DNA of 64,000 nucleotides from an uncultured archaeon (GTDB taxonomy: Archaea; Thermoproteota; Nitrososphaeria; Nitrososphaerales; Gagatemarchaeaceae). Position numbers and translations under genes: made by a program. Shown here in pieces: positions 10,539-20,975 of this stretch (position 1 is the first letter of the stretch; each line of letters begins with the position of its first letter). The notes under the pieces were generated by a model. The model did no database searches. It was given only the letters and a program-made list of their open reading frames with translations, and was not told where the DNA came from. The stretch is taken from assembly GCA_963799775.1 (NCBI GenBank), contig CAWCYD010000003.1:1-64000 (forward strand), written 5' to 3'.

Positions 10539-10657
10539 TGCGGGGGGTGGGATTCGAACCCACGAACCCCAAAGGGATGGGATCTCTTCATTTGGGGCTT
10601 AAGTCCCACGTCTTCAACACCTCTACGGTGTTTTTGACCAGGCTCAACAACCCCCGC
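10539..10657 (-). tRNA. tRNA-Leu (probably TAA) with two introns (D-arm 23/24 and canonical 37/38)
   Basis: Minus strand has acceptor GCGGGGG/CCCCCGC-A, T-arm GTGGG-TTCGAAT-CCCAC, a long variable arm and anticodon stem TGGGA/TCCCA. Removing 10612-10631 and 10584-10597 gives an 85-nt tRNA-Leu. Confidence 0.88.
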
Positions 10658-10731
10658 GTTCTGGGTCGTCGCGCCATCATGGATAAAGCATTTACATTCA
10701 TGACGCACGTTTTCGTCCGAAACACACACGT

Positions 10732-12423
10732 TCATGAAACGAGCTTGAGCAGCTCGCGAAGCCCCAAGGTGTTCGCCACGTCTTTCGCCTCGAGCCACGC
10801 TCTCCTGGCGACGGCTATGCCAAACTGGACGTTCTCCAGTTCCCCTATCGAGTGAGCGTCCGAGTCCACACAAAGCTTGACGCCCTCCTGCATCGCTCGC
10901 CTCGCCCAGACGTCGTCCAGGTCGAGCCTGTTCGGGGCACCGTCGATTTCAAGAATCTTGCCGTTCTCCTTGGCTGTCTGGATCACCTTGGGGAGGTCAA
11001 GCGCGTGCCCCTCCCTCCTCCCGATGAGCCGGTTCGTAGGGTGGTACATGATGTCCACCGACCTGTTGGTCAGCACTTTGACGGCCCTCTCCATCAGCTT
11101 CTCGGGCGGCTGCCTGTGTCCCTGGTGTATCGACGCCCCCACCATGTCGAAGTTCTCGAAGAACTCGCGGCCAAAGTCGAGGCTGCCGTCGCTACGGACC
11201 TCGGCCTCGACCCCCTTCAGTATCCTGAACGGCTTCATCTTGCCGTTGAGCTCGTCTATCGCCTTCCACTGCTTCCTGAACCGCTCTTCGTTGAGCCCGT
11301 TGGCGATGCCCACCGAGATGGAGTGGTCGCTGATCACCATGTACTCGTAGCCCCTTTCTTTCGCCGCCAGGGCCATCTTCTCAAGCTCCACGGACCCGTC
11401 GCTCCACGTGCTGTGGACGTGCAGGTCTCCTCTCAGTTCCTCCACCTTGACCAGGTCGGGCAGCTTCCCTTTCGCGGCTGCCTCCACCTCGCCCCTGGCC
11501 TCGCGGAGCTCCGGCGGTATGAACTGCAGTCCGAGCTTGCCGTAGACCTCCTCTTCGGTCTTGCTAGCGAGCACCTCCTCGGTCTTCAAGTCGCTGAGCG
11601 CGTATTCGTTGAGCTTCCAGCCCTTCTTGATGGCGAGGGGCCTGAGCTCGACGCCGTGCTCCTTCGACCCCGTGAAATAGATGAGCGCCGCTCCGAACTC
11701 GTCCTTCTTCACGGTGCGGAGGTCCACCTGGACCCCCGACGTCAAGACGACGCTGACCTTCGTCGGGCCTCTCTCGATGACCCGGTCGACTCCTGGGAAC
11801 TCGACAAACGTCTCGTCCGCCCCTGGCTCGGTCGTCAGCAGGTCGATGTCTCCGACGGTTGGGCTCCCCCTCCTCAGGCTCCCGGCGGGCTGCACATCGA
11901 TGCCTTTGTCCTCAAAATATGCGACGAGCTGCCCAGCGAGGTTGAAGGCCTCGACGAGCAGCATCCTCCTCGCGCCCTCCTTCATCTTCGCGAGCTCCTC
12001 GCTCAGCCGCTTGGCCATCACCGGCCCGACGGCCTCGTCGAGCTTGCCCGAGGCCGCGGCCTTCCTCAGGGCGTCGATGCTCTTGACACCGAACTTGACC
12101 GAGAGCTTGTATGCCGTCTTTGGCCCGATGCCTGGCACCCCCATGAGTTCCAAGACGCCCTCGGGGACCTGCTTCTGCAGCCTCTCGAGGAACTCCAGCT
12201 TCCCGGTCCGAAGATACTCGTCGATCTTCTTGGCGATTGCCTCTCCCACATACTGGATCTCCTGTAGCTCGCCCCTCTTCCAGATCTCCTCGACGTCCTC
12301 GTCTAGGTTCCTTACGCTTGTGGATGCTCGCCTGTATGCTATGACCTTGAACCTGTCCTCGCCCACCGCCTCGGACAGCCGGGAGAGCCTGTCGAGGAGT
12401 TCCGCGACCTGGTAGTTCCTCAT
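10732..12423 (-). CDS. polX: DNA polymerase X / PHP-domain 3'-5' exonuclease
   Basis: HhH motifs (GVPGIGPKTA), GSLRR, GDIDLL, QVDLR and YFTGSK, plus PHP motifs DLHVHSTWSDG and DSDAH. Confidence 0.95.
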   Translation of the reverse strand: MRNYQVAELLDRLSRLSEAVGEDRFKVIAYRRASTSVRNLDEDVEEIWKRGELQEIQYVGEAIAKKIDEYLRTGKLEFLERLQKQVPEGVLELMGVPGIGPKTAYKLSVKFGVKSIDALRKAAASGKLDEAVGPVMAKRLSEELAKMKEGARRMLLVEAFNLAGQLVAYFEDKGIDVQPAGSLRRGSPTVGDIDLLTTEPGADETFVEFPGVDRVIERGPTKVSVVLTSGVQVDLRTVKKDEFGAALIYFTGSKEHGVELRPLAIKKGWKLNEYALSDLKTEEVLASKTEEEVYGKLGLQFIPPELREARGEVEAAAKGKLPDLVKVEELRGDLHVHSTWSDGSVELEKMALAAKERGYEYMVISDHSISVGIANGLNEERFRKQWKAIDELNGKMKPFRILKGVEAEVRSDGSLDFGREFFENFDMVGASIHQGHRQPPEKLMERAVKVLTNRSVDIMYHPTNRLIGRREGHALDLPKVIQTAKENGKILEIDGAPNRLDLDDVWARRAMQEGVKLCVDSDAHSIGELENVQFGIAVARRAWLEAKDVANTLGLRELLKLVS

Positions 12424-12427
12424 CGGG

Positions 12428-13529
12428 CTAGCGCCACCATCCAGGCTCCTTTGGGAGCCCGCCCGTCGTGACCTCGCTTCCCTTCGCGGTGGCGATGAGG
12501 TTGTCTTCGATCCTCACACCGAGCTTTTTGGGGATGTACGCGCCGGGCTCGACGGTGAACACCATCCCTGCCTTCAACGTCTCCTTCCCGCCCGGGACGA
12601 TGTATGGTGCTTCGTGGACCTCCAACCCCAGCCCGTGACCGGTCCTGTGGATGAACCTCTCACCCAGGCCGTCCCGCGCCAATGAATCCCGCGCTGCAGC
12701 ATCGACTGCCCCCACCTTGACCCCTTGCGCCGCAACGGCGATGGCCTTCTCTTGTGCGTCCAGGACGCTCGAATAGACCTCCTCGAGCGCAGGGTCCCTC
12801 CCAACAGCGAAGGTCCCTCGTTATGTCGGCCGCGTACCCTTCATAGATGCTGACCGCGTCGACGACGATGCTCTCCCCCCTCGCGATCTTCTTCGAGGAG
12901 GTCTCGGAGTGAGGGTCGGCCGCTCTCGGCCCGGACTGGACCATGCACATCTCCATCGACTCCCCCCCGTTCGCGAGGACGTCCTCCACGACAAGCCGTG
13001 ATAGCTCCCTCTCGGTCATCCCTTCGCGCAGCCATCCTGGGATCTTCAGGTAGGCCCCGACGAGGATCTTGGCGGACCTGCGCACTGCCTCCAGCTCAGA
13101 GGGCTCCTTGATCGCGCGGATGGACTGGAGGATGTAATCGCAAGGCTCGACCTTCATCCCTCTCCTCAGCAGGTGGTCGAGGAAGCCGAAAGGGACCCTC
13201 CCCTCGCACCCCCAGCTTCCTTTCTGGATCCTGGAGAGGAGCTCCTCGAAGGCTCGTCCTGGTCCTTCGGTGTCGTCCCACTCGTGGAACGCGAGGTCAA
13301 GGCCGGTGCCTCTGAAAGGCCCCGCTTCTAGCTTGGGCAAGAGAAGATCCAGGGCGCCATCCCTCCCAACAAAGAGGAGGAACGGCCTCTCCAACAGCTG
13401 GGCCCTCACTCCCGTGTAATAGGTCAGGTTCGGTCCAGGGCAGATTACGACGCCGGCTAGCTCCGACGAATTCAGCTGGCGAGCGAGCTTCGAGATCCTT
13501 CTGTCCTTGGCAAGAGGCTGCCGGGCCAT
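12428..13529 (-). CDS. Xaa-Pro peptidase (M24 family), frameshifted
   Basis: Creatinase-like N-domain, YAADITR, HRTGHGLGLEVHE, TVEPG and GVRIED, spread over several frames. Confidence 0.92.
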
Positions 13530-13585
13530 TTGACGCGACCGAATTCTGAGCGTTAATATCTCCGAATAAAAACGGTTGGCTGAGC

Positions 13586-14434
13586 TTGGGGATCCTGCAG
13601 GCCCTGACGTATGGGGCCGCGAAGCGCTGGATCGCGGGGAAGGACATGAAGACGGCGCTCTCAAAGGCGAAGGAAGCGAACGCCAAGGGCCTCGGGACGA
13701 TCCTCAACTACCTTGGGGAGGATGTGACCGACCCGGCCCTAGCCCAGGCCCATTTCGAGGAATACGTGAAGCTCCAGAGAGAGATCCACGATTCGGGCAT
13801 CGACGGCTGCGCCTCTGTGAAGCTCACGCAGTTCGGGTTGGGAGTCCTCGACGAACCGGTCGTCATCGAACGGGCCACGCATCTGGTCGAAGGGGCGGCC
13901 GCTCTGGGCCAGATGCTCTGGATAGACATGGAGGGCTCATCGGTCACCAGCGCGACGCTCAAGATCTACTCGAAGATGCTGGAGAATCACAAGAACGTCG
14001 GTGTCGCGTTGCAAGCATATCTCAGGCGGAGCGAGGCCGACCTCAAAGCCCTGATGGACATCGGAGGAAAGGTCCGACTGGTCAAGGGGGCCTATCGAGA
14101 ACCATCGGACATCGTCTTCCCCTCCCGAGAACAGGTCACCGAGAACTTCCTGAGGCTGATGAGGGTCCTCTTCGAAAAGGGGGACGGCTTTGCCATAGCG
14201 ACCCACGACTCCAGGCCCATCCAGGAGGCCCAGGAGCTCCATACATCAAACCCCAAGACGAAGTTCGAGTTCGAGATGCTCAGAGGCATAAGGGACGACC
14301 TCAAGCTCGAGCTCGCAAGGAAGGGGTACCGCATGGTGGACTATATGCCCTACGGGGAGGAGTGGTATCCCTACTCTGTCCGGAGGATAAAGGAGCACCC
14401 GAGCAACATCTGGCTCCTCCTGCGGTCCCTCTAG
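13586..14434 (+). CDS. Proline dehydrogenase (monofunctional)
   Basis: SVKLTQFG, IDME, LQAYL, RLVKGAY, ATHD and YMPYG..WYPYSVRRIKE. Confidence 0.93.
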   Translation: MGILQALTYGAAKRWIAGKDMKTALSKAKEANAKGLGTILNYLGEDVTDPALAQAHFEEYVKLQREIHDSGIDGCASVKLTQFGLGVLDEPVVIERATHLVEGAAALGQMLWIDMEGSSVTSATLKIYSKMLENHKNVGVALQAYLRRSEADLKALMDIGGKVRLVKGAYREPSDIVFPSREQVTENFLRLMRVLFEKGDGFAIATHDSRPIQEAQELHTSNPKTKFEFEMLRGIRDDLKLELARKGYRMVDYMPYGEEWYPYSVRRIKEHPSNIWLLLRSL

Positions 14435-14512
14435 TCCGAGCCCTCATCCACTGCCAATGTTAATAAGATACAAACTCGCTCTGTTCACGAAAGTCTCAGG
14501 AGAGCTCTCCCA

Positions 14513-14986
14513 ATGGCCTTAGACCCTCTAGAACTCGGAACAATCGCCGCGATCCTGCTAGTCTTCTTCCTGTGGGGGCCTCAGAAGATCCCCGAACTCG
14601 CGAGGATGGTCGCCCAAGCCAGGAAGGAGTTCGACAACGCCACCAAGGAGTTCCAGAAGGTCTCTCAGAGCATCCAGAACGGGACCAGTCCGCTACTAGC
14701 TCCAAGCACACCCTCGCCAACCACACAGCCTCCCGCCTCGCTCGCATCACCGCCTAGACCAGCGCAGCCGGGTGTTAGATCTGTGCCCCTCCCTCAGCCT
14801 GCCGCACAGGCGCCAGCGGCCAAGACGGGCGACCAGCTGCTCATCGAAGCAGCGAGGAGGTTGGGCATTCCCACCCAAGGAAAGACCAGGGAGCAGATCC
14901 AGGAAGACCTGATCGCGATGGCGCAACGCCCGACAGAGGCCTCAAAGTCCGAAACTCCCCCTCCGCCCGGCGAATCGACCGGCTGA
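14513..14986 (+). CDS. tatA: Twin-arginine translocase TatA/E family subunit
   Basis: TM helix followed by WGPQKIPELAR...ARKEF and the archaeal C-terminal ARRLGIPTQGKTREQI. Confidence 0.88.
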   Translation: MALDPLELGTIAAILLVFFLWGPQKIPELARMVAQARKEFDNATKEFQKVSQSIQNGTSPLLAPSTPSPTTQPPASLASPPRPAQPGVRSVPLPQPAAQAPAAKTGDQLLIEAARRLGIPTQGKTREQIQEDLIAMAQRPTEASKSETPPPPGESTG

Positions 14987-15069
14987 TATTGGTGGACGTT
15001 GTTAGAAGCAACTGCTCAAGTAAGATAGACCCAGATTTCAAAATATCGTGAACTCGATATCGTATCGAC

Positions 15070-15237
15070 GTGAGCACCTACACGACGGGACAGACATGGG
15101 GAGCCCTTCGGAAGGCCTGGAAGGCGTACAAGATCGCAAAGGTCCAGCACGACAATGCCAAGATGAAGGAATACTCTGAGAGGATACGCACCCTCCAGAC
15201 TCAGCTTGGCGTTCCACAGTCAACCTTTCAAGTCTAG
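15070..15237 (+). CDS. Small hypothetical protein (55 aa), below the ORF-track cutoff
   Basis: GTG start; MSTYTTGQTWGALRKAWKAYKIAKVQHDNAKMKEYSERIRTLQTQLGVPQSTFQV. Fills the intergenic gap and is followed by a T-rich tract. Confidence 0.7.
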   Translation: MSTYTTGQTWGALRKAWKAYKIAKVQHDNAKMKEYSERIRTLQTQLGVPQSTFQV

Positions 15238-15300
15238 GCTTCTATCAGAGGGCTAACCCCCTCTCTTTATTTTTGTGGAAAGGCGGGACTCGACGGGGAC

Positions 15301-15978
15301 TCAGAGGTCGCGTTCGAGTTCCGCGAGGATCGTGCGCACCCAGTCGTCGCCCATGTTCAGGCCCTTGAACGTGCTCCGCAGGTTCTTCTCGTTCTCATCA
15401 ACGAGCTGGTTCACGACCCCCCTCTCGCCCCACCCTGACGTCGGTGCCCCTCCGACGGCCTTTGAGACCTCCTTCATCGCGAGGTTCCTCAGGTAGAGAA
15501 GTACCGACCTCTCGTCCTCGATCCCAGCGAGCTTCTTGTCGATCTCCTTGACGAGGGAGGCGAGAGGCCTCAGCTTCCTGTTCTCGTCAGGACGCTGCAT
15601 CACCTCAGCGAGCATCCTGAAGACCTCTCCCGAGGAGCCAGGAAGGTCGAGCTCCGGTATTGGGTCGAACTCCATGACCCTGGCCCTGAAGAGGTTGGGC
15701 GCAAAGTCGATCGTGAGCGATATGCTCCTGTTGAGCAGGTACTCCTTCCTCTTGGGACCGTGCGGACTGGCCTCCATCTGCGACGAGACCACCCCCGAGT
15801 CTTCCATCGAGTCCAGGTGCTTCGCTACGAGCTGCTGGCTGAACCCCAGGCCCTTGGAGATCCTGAGCTGGTAGCTGGGTTCCTTGCTCAACTGCTTGAT
15901 TATCTTCCTCCTCACCGGGTTCTCGACGGTCAAGAGGACCGAGTCGATGCCAGTGTCGTCTTCTTCGATTTCTTTCAT
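15301..15978 (-). CDS. ArsR-family transcriptional regulator (archaeal type)
   Basis: ENPVRRKII..L...PSY.L.IS...SQQLVAKHL...GPKRKEY followed by a coiled coil. Confidence 0.88.
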   Translation of the reverse strand: MKEIEEDDTGIDSVLLTVENPVRRKIIKQLSKEPSYQLRISKGLGFSQQLVAKHLDSMEDSGVVSSQMEASPHGPKRKEYLLNRSISLTIDFAPNLFRARVMEFDPIPELDLPGSSGEVFRMLAEVMQRPDENRKLRPLASLVKEIDKKLAGIEDERSVLLYLRNLAMKEVSKAVGGAPTSGWGERGVVNQLVDENEKNLRSTFKGLNMGDDWVRTILAELERDL

Positions 15979-16148
15979 GTTAGGTTAACTTCTCGTACGC
16001 CTATCCCTTTGCAGGGCCGGAACAAGCTATACGAAGGATTGCAGCGGTTCCTGCGTATAAAGCCTTCTCTGCAGGTTCTTGTCTCCGAGGTCGGGACGTT
16101 CCACGACGCGTCCGGTGGCACATCTTCCCGAATAGCAATAAATACAGA

Positions 16149-17525
16149 GTGAGGGCCCTCCGCTTATCAGCCGTTTTGAGCCCTGTCGACCTGGTGGTCA
16201 TGAACGGGAGGGTCGCCACCCCGTGTTCGCTCCGGAGCTGCGCGGTCGCGGCCAAGGACGGGAAGCTCTCGTGGATCGGTTCGAACTCAAACGCACCTTC
16301 CGCCCGGAGGGTGATTGACGCATCGGGGCTCATAGTCATGCCAGGTGTCATCGACCCGCACGTCCACCTGAGAGACCCAGGAGCCACGTACAAGGAGGAC
16401 TTTCGAACGGGGACCGCTGCCGCCGCGAAGGGCGGGGTCACGTTGGTCTTCGACATGCCCAACAACAACCCGCCGACCAAAGACGTCGAGGCTCTGCGGA
16501 TGAAGATGAAGGAGGCGAGAGAGAAGGCGCTCGTGGACTACTCCTTCTATGGCATGCTCACAGGGGATAACGGGCCTGAGCTCAGGCCTCTCGTGCAGGG
16601 CGGCGTGATAGGATTCAAGTGCTACATGGCAGAGACGACAGGGAGTCCGCCCCCTCCTTCCGATCAGCAGCTGCTGACCGAGCTGGCGATCGTCGCGAAG
16701 TCAGGAAGGAGGGTCTCGTTCCACGCAGAGGACGACGCGCTCATCAAGTCCCGTCTCTCAGGTCTCAGACATGCCGGGAGGACGGACGCGATCGCCCACT
16801 ACGAGTCTCGCCCAGAGTTGGCGGAGAGCAACGCCGTCCGAAGGGCCATCCGTCTCGGGGCCGAGTCAGGCTGCGACGTCCACATCGCTCACCTCAGCAG
16901 CGCCGCCGGCGCACAAGATGTCAGGGCGGGAAAGCGCCAAGGCCGCCGCGTCACCGCCGAGACGTGCCCGCAATACCTCCTTCTGGACAAGGACGACTAC
17001 AAGAGTAAGGGCGCCCTCATGAAGGTCAACCCCTCGATAAAGAGGAGCGAGGACAGGGATGCCTTGTGGCGTGCGCTTACGGACGGGACGATCGACATGC
17101 TGGCTACCGACCATGCTCCCCACGCGCTGAAAGAGAAGGTCTCCGGCGAGTCGATCTTCGACAAGCCGTCCGGCTTCCCGGGCCTGGAGACGGCGGTCGC
17201 TCTCATGCTGACGTGCGTCAACAGGCGCCTCCTCTCGCTCTCGAGATACGTGCAGCTCACGTCTTCTGGGCCCGCCAAGGCCTGGGGCCTCTATCCCAAG
17301 AAGGGGTCGATAGAGGTCGGGTCGGATGCAGACCTCACGATAGTCGATCCCAAGCGCCGATGGAAGATCGACCCAGAAGAGTTCGTCAGCAAGGCGAAGT
17401 ATAGCCCGTTCGACGGCTTCGAGGCCACGGGAGCTCCCGCTTACACGATAGTCCGAGGACACGTCGTGATGGACCAAGGACACATAGACGACCGCTCTAG
17501 GGGAGAGGTGCAGAGCCCGCTTTGA
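16149..17525 (+). CDS. pyrC: Dihydroorotase (cyclic amidohydrolase; allantoinase-like subgroup)
   Basis: IDPHVHLRDPG, DMPNN, HAED, HIAHLS and ATDHAPH. Lies directly upstream of pyrD. Confidence 0.8.
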   Translation: MRALRLSAVLSPVDLVVMNGRVATPCSLRSCAVAAKDGKLSWIGSNSNAPSARRVIDASGLIVMPGVIDPHVHLRDPGATYKEDFRTGTAAAAKGGVTLVFDMPNNNPPTKDVEALRMKMKEAREKALVDYSFYGMLTGDNGPELRPLVQGGVIGFKCYMAETTGSPPPPSDQQLLTELAIVAKSGRRVSFHAEDDALIKSRLSGLRHAGRTDAIAHYESRPELAESNAVRRAIRLGAESGCDVHIAHLSSAAGAQDVRAGKRQGRRVTAETCPQYLLLDKDDYKSKGALMKVNPSIKRSEDRDALWRALTDGTIDMLATDHAPHALKEKVSGESIFDKPSGFPGLETAVALMLTCVNRRLLSLSRYVQLTSSGPAKAWGLYPKKGSIEVGSDADLTIVDPKRRWKIDPEEFVSKAKYSPFDGFEATGAPAYTIVRGHVVMDQGHIDDRSRGEVQSPL

Positions 17526-17557
17526 GGCCCTGGTCGACGCATGGGTGCATGAGATAG

Positions 17558-18578
17558 ATGGACGCTTACTCGATAGCCCGTCCCATCCTCTTCGAGCTGG
17601 ACCCGGAGAGAGCCCACAACGTAGGGCTGAGCCTCATCAAGTTCGCCTCGAAGGTCTCCTACAAGCCCATCCCGACCCGGACGGCTCTCGGCGACCTGGC
17701 AAATCCGATCGGGCTTGCTGCCGGATACGACAAGACCGGAAGATACGTCAGGAGCCTCTCAAAGCTCGGGTTCGGCTACATCGTTGCCGGGACTTTCACC
17801 AAGAACCCCTGGCAGGGAAACCCGAAACCCAGGGTCGCAAGGAACAGGGAGGAGCAGACCCTCGTGAACGCCCTGGGGTTCCCCAACCCCGGGATAGACG
17901 CCTTCATCGCCAGTCTCACGTCTGGTAAACGGGTGGGCGTCCCCGTCGTCGCGAGCATAAGCGGGGGGTCGATTGAGGATATCGTGCTGGTCTACTCAAA
18001 GATCCAGCCCCACGTCGCCGGGGTCGAGCTCAACCTGAGCTCTCCCAACACCCCTATCCTGCATGGACCTCAGGGAGCCCACGTCTTTCGTGGAGCTGGC
18101 GCAGAAGATGGTCCCGGCCAGGTCGAAGCCGGCCTACCTTAAGATCCCGCCCTACGCGGACGACCGCGAGTTCAAGGACACGCTCGAGAACGTGAGGACA
18201 TGGGACCATCTGGGTTTCGCCGGCGTCACGGCCTCGAACTCCCTACGGATACCCGACGAGCGGATGGCCATTGGCACGGGCGGATACAGCGGCCCGCCCC
18301 TGTTCGAGCACACGAAGGAAGCGGTCGCGAGGATAAGGCGCTCGGTGAGCCCTTCCTTCGAGATCAACGCGTGTGGAGGCGTGAGCGGCCCGGCCGATGC
18401 GGTAGCGCTGCTCGAGCTTGGAGCCACGACGGTCCAGGTCTTCACGTCCCTGGTGTATCAAGGCCCCTCGTTGATGAAGAGGATACTCAATGACCCCGCC
18501 TTGAGAAGCGCAGTCGAGGAGAAGGTAGGACGTTCTTGGACTCGGCCTCGCCCGGACGCCGCAACGAATCAGAGCTAG
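17558..18578 (+). CDS. pyrD: Dihydroorotate dehydrogenase, frameshifted near 18060
   Basis: NPIGLAAGYDK, GNPKPR, NALGFPNPG, ELNLSSPNT, GGYSGPP and CGGV. Confidence 0.92.
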
Positions 18579-19249
18579 CTCTCTTCTTCGAGATTACCGC
18601 GGCCGGCGATCCTGCTCGCGAGCCAGATAGCGACCAAGGGAGCAACCCAGACGTAGTATCTGATTGGGTCGCCGTTGCTTAGCTTCACCGCGTAGAATAT
18701 TGGGAGCGCCGAGACGGCGAAGACGAGCCCGCAGATGAACCAGCTTATCCCCTCGAACTTATACTGCCGCGTCAACGACTTTGGGATGAGCTTGCGCTCC
18801 TCGTCCGCTAGCGTAAGGGTGAACCCTCCCAGGATTCCGAACATGGCGCCGAGGTCGAGCGCGTAGAGCGTCGTGGTCGCGTCGCCATACGCCAGCGGGT
18901 TGACCACTTGGGGCATGTGGCGGATCAAGTTGAACAAGAACGGCTCGATGGAGACGCAGAAGAGGAGCATGATGTTGAGGTTCATGACCCGGCGCGTCTC
19001 CAGAGGAAAGACGGACATGATCCTAGTGTAGCGGAGCCACATGGTAATCAAGATGAGGAAGCTGAAGCCGAAGGTCGCGACGTCGTTGTAGATCTCCTGG
19101 ACGCTGGTCGGTGGCGTGCTGACTAGCGAAATGGCCCCGACCGAGAGGGCGAGACCGAAGATCAGGTCGGAGAGCGATTCTATTCTCGGTTTCGGCTTGG
19201 CCTGGCTCTGCTCGGATTCTGTCAGATGAAAGTCTCTCTCGCTCCTCAA
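18575..19249 (-). CDS. TMEM175/DUF1211 family K+ channel-like membrane protein
   Basis: RIESLSDLIFGLALS resembles the RxxxFSD motif; about six TM helices. Confidence 0.8.
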   Translation of the reverse strand: MRSERDFHLTESEQSQAKPKPRIESLSDLIFGLALSVGAISLVSTPPTSVQEIYNDVATFGFSFLILITMWLRYTRIMSVFPLETRRVMNLNIMLLFCVSIEPFLFNLIRHMPQVVNPLAYGDATTTLYALDLGAMFGILGGFTLTLADEERKLIPKSLTRQYKFEGISWFICGLVFAVSALPIFYAVKLSNGDPIRYYVWVAPLVAIWLASRIAGRGNLEEES

Positions 19250-20182
19250 AGCCCAGTCGGCGCTTTAATCTCTTCGAAAGTCTTCGGAACGAATCCCAAA
19301 GTTTCTACTATCTGGCTTATCAATGGGTACGACCCTCACGCGAACGCCTTGGGAGAGATCCGACTGGGAACCTCCGGGTGGTCCTACAAGGACTGGGAGG
19401 GGCCATTCTACCCGAAAGGCGAGAAGAAGAAGCTGACCTATTATTCCAAGTTCTTCGACACCGTGGAGATAGACTCCACCTTCTACGCCTACCCTACCAA
19501 GGGTATGATACTCGGTGCGGGGAAAAGCACGCCGCCCGGGTTCGAGTTCACCGCGAAGCTGCCGAGGTTGATAACGCACGACAAGGCGCTGGACCTCGGG
19601 CAGGGCGTGAAGGACGACCTCTTCAAGTTCCTCCACCTCATGAAGCCGCTCATGGAGGAAGGGAAGCTGGGGCCCCTCCTCGTCCAGCTCCCGCCCAGCT
19701 TCTCTTACTCGACGGGACTGGGGAAGCTCAGCGCGTTCCTCGACGTCCTCCCCGAGGATGTCTCCTTCGCTGTAGAATTCCGCAACAAGTCTTGGCTGGG
19801 TAAGACGGACGCGACAGACCTCCTCCACAAGCATGACGTCGCGATCACGACTGTGGACGAACCCCTTCTCCCTGCGGACACAACGACCACCGCAGACTTC
19901 GCCTTCGTCAGGTGGCACGGCCATGGTGAGCGCCCTTGGTATAACTACAGGTATCGGCAAGAGGAGCTCCGAGGGTGGAGCAAGAAGGTCGAGGCCATCG
20001 CCTCCAAGACAAAGAAGGTCTACGGCTACTTCAACAACCACTTCCACGGATATGCAGTCGAGAACAGCCTTCAGATGAAGGAGCTCGTCGGGACGGCGAA
20101 TGCAGAACAAAGGAAGTTGTTGGCCCAGGTCAGCTCGAGGATCGACGAAAGCTTCAAGAAAAAACAAGAGACGCTCATTTGA
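19226..20182 (+). CDS. DUF72 domain protein (true start probably ~19350)
   Basis: GTSGWSYKDW, VEIDSTFY, QLPPSF, VEFR, RWHG and YFNNH. Confidence 0.92.
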   Translation: MKVSLAPQSPVGALISSKVFGTNPKVSTIWLINGYDPHANALGEIRLGTSGWSYKDWEGPFYPKGEKKKLTYYSKFFDTVEIDSTFYAYPTKGMILGAGKSTPPGFEFTAKLPRLITHDKALDLGQGVKDDLFKFLHLMKPLMEEGKLGPLLVQLPPSFSYSTGLGKLSAFLDVLPEDVSFAVEFRNKSWLGKTDATDLLHKHDVAITTVDEPLLPADTTTTADFAFVRWHGHGERPWYNYRYRQEELRGWSKKVEAIASKTKKVYGYFNNHFHGYAVENSLQMKELVGTANAEQRKLLAQVSSRIDESFKKKQETLI

Positions 20183-20250
20183 GAGGGCCTCAGGATGGTG
20201 ACCGCCAGAAAGAACGCTTAATACTGGCTGGATAAGCCAGCCAGCCTGCC

Positions 20251-20925
20251 TTGGCCAACAAGACAGTCGTCGGAATCAGCATTCTCTTGGTCGCGCTCCT
20301 CTTGGTCAGCGCGACGGCAGCCGCCTACTACTACAACGAATACCAGCAGGAGACGCAGTCGAAGAACACGTATGTGAGCGACCTTACCTCGGAGACGGTC
20401 CAGTACAGCAGCCTGGCCTCAAGCTACAACTCTTCCCTCGCTCTCGACAACTCGACCCTCGCGCTCCTGGTCGGCACGGTGTCTGCGATCAATACCTCGC
20501 TGCCGGCCTACAAGCAAGCAAGCGCGGCGCTTTCGCAGCTCTGGAGCCGCTATCTGAGCCTCAAGCCCGCCTCGAGCTCGCTATACGAGGGCAATTTCTT
20601 GCTCGACTTTGGCAACGGGACTCGGGTCTGGAGCAACAACACCCAGGTCCAGCCTGGCTGGAACGTGTACACCGAGACTGTGGTGCTCACTCACGGAGAA
20701 CTCCAAGCAATCTGGTACCCTCAATACCAGGAGCACCTCATTACGGGAATAGACGGCGTATCCGGCTCGACATCGATGAGCTGGTTCCTGTGGACCTACA
20801 ACGCCACCTCCAGGTGGCAGCCGGCGGCGGTCGGGGCTGACGACCTTCCGATCTACAACGGGTCGACCTTTGCCTGGACCTACTGCGCCGAGTCCGCCTC
20901 GTACTCGGCCGAGTGCACGCCATAG
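20251..20925 (+). CDS. Membrane-anchored extracellular protein with DUF4430-like C-terminal domain
   Basis: Signal anchor and helical region, then LDFGNGT, ITGIDGV, W..WTYN and VGAD. Confidence 0.7.
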   Translation: MANKTVVGISILLVALLLVSATAAAYYYNEYQQETQSKNTYVSDLTSETVQYSSLASSYNSSLALDNSTLALLVGTVSAINTSLPAYKQASAALSQLWSRYLSLKPASSSLYEGNFLLDFGNGTRVWSNNTQVQPGWNVYTETVVLTHGELQAIWYPQYQEHLITGIDGVSGSTSMSWFLWTYNATSRWQPAAVGADDLPIYNGSTFAWTYCAESASYSAECTP

Positions 20926-20975
20926 AGAACCCGGCCATCTTCCGGTGTCTCGTCTGAGCCCCAGCGAGGTTTTAT

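Noticed and set aside
10852-12267. Long antisense ORFs (471 aa here; also 19265-20167, 29127-30173, 51972-53375, 56324-57457)
   Set aside because: Shadow ORFs opposite well-supported genes, as expected with high GC at third codon positions.
16149-17525. Allantoinase feeding the FdrA/DUF1116 cluster
   Set aside because: Its position directly upstream of pyrD favours dihydroorotase, although allantoinase activity cannot be fully excluded.
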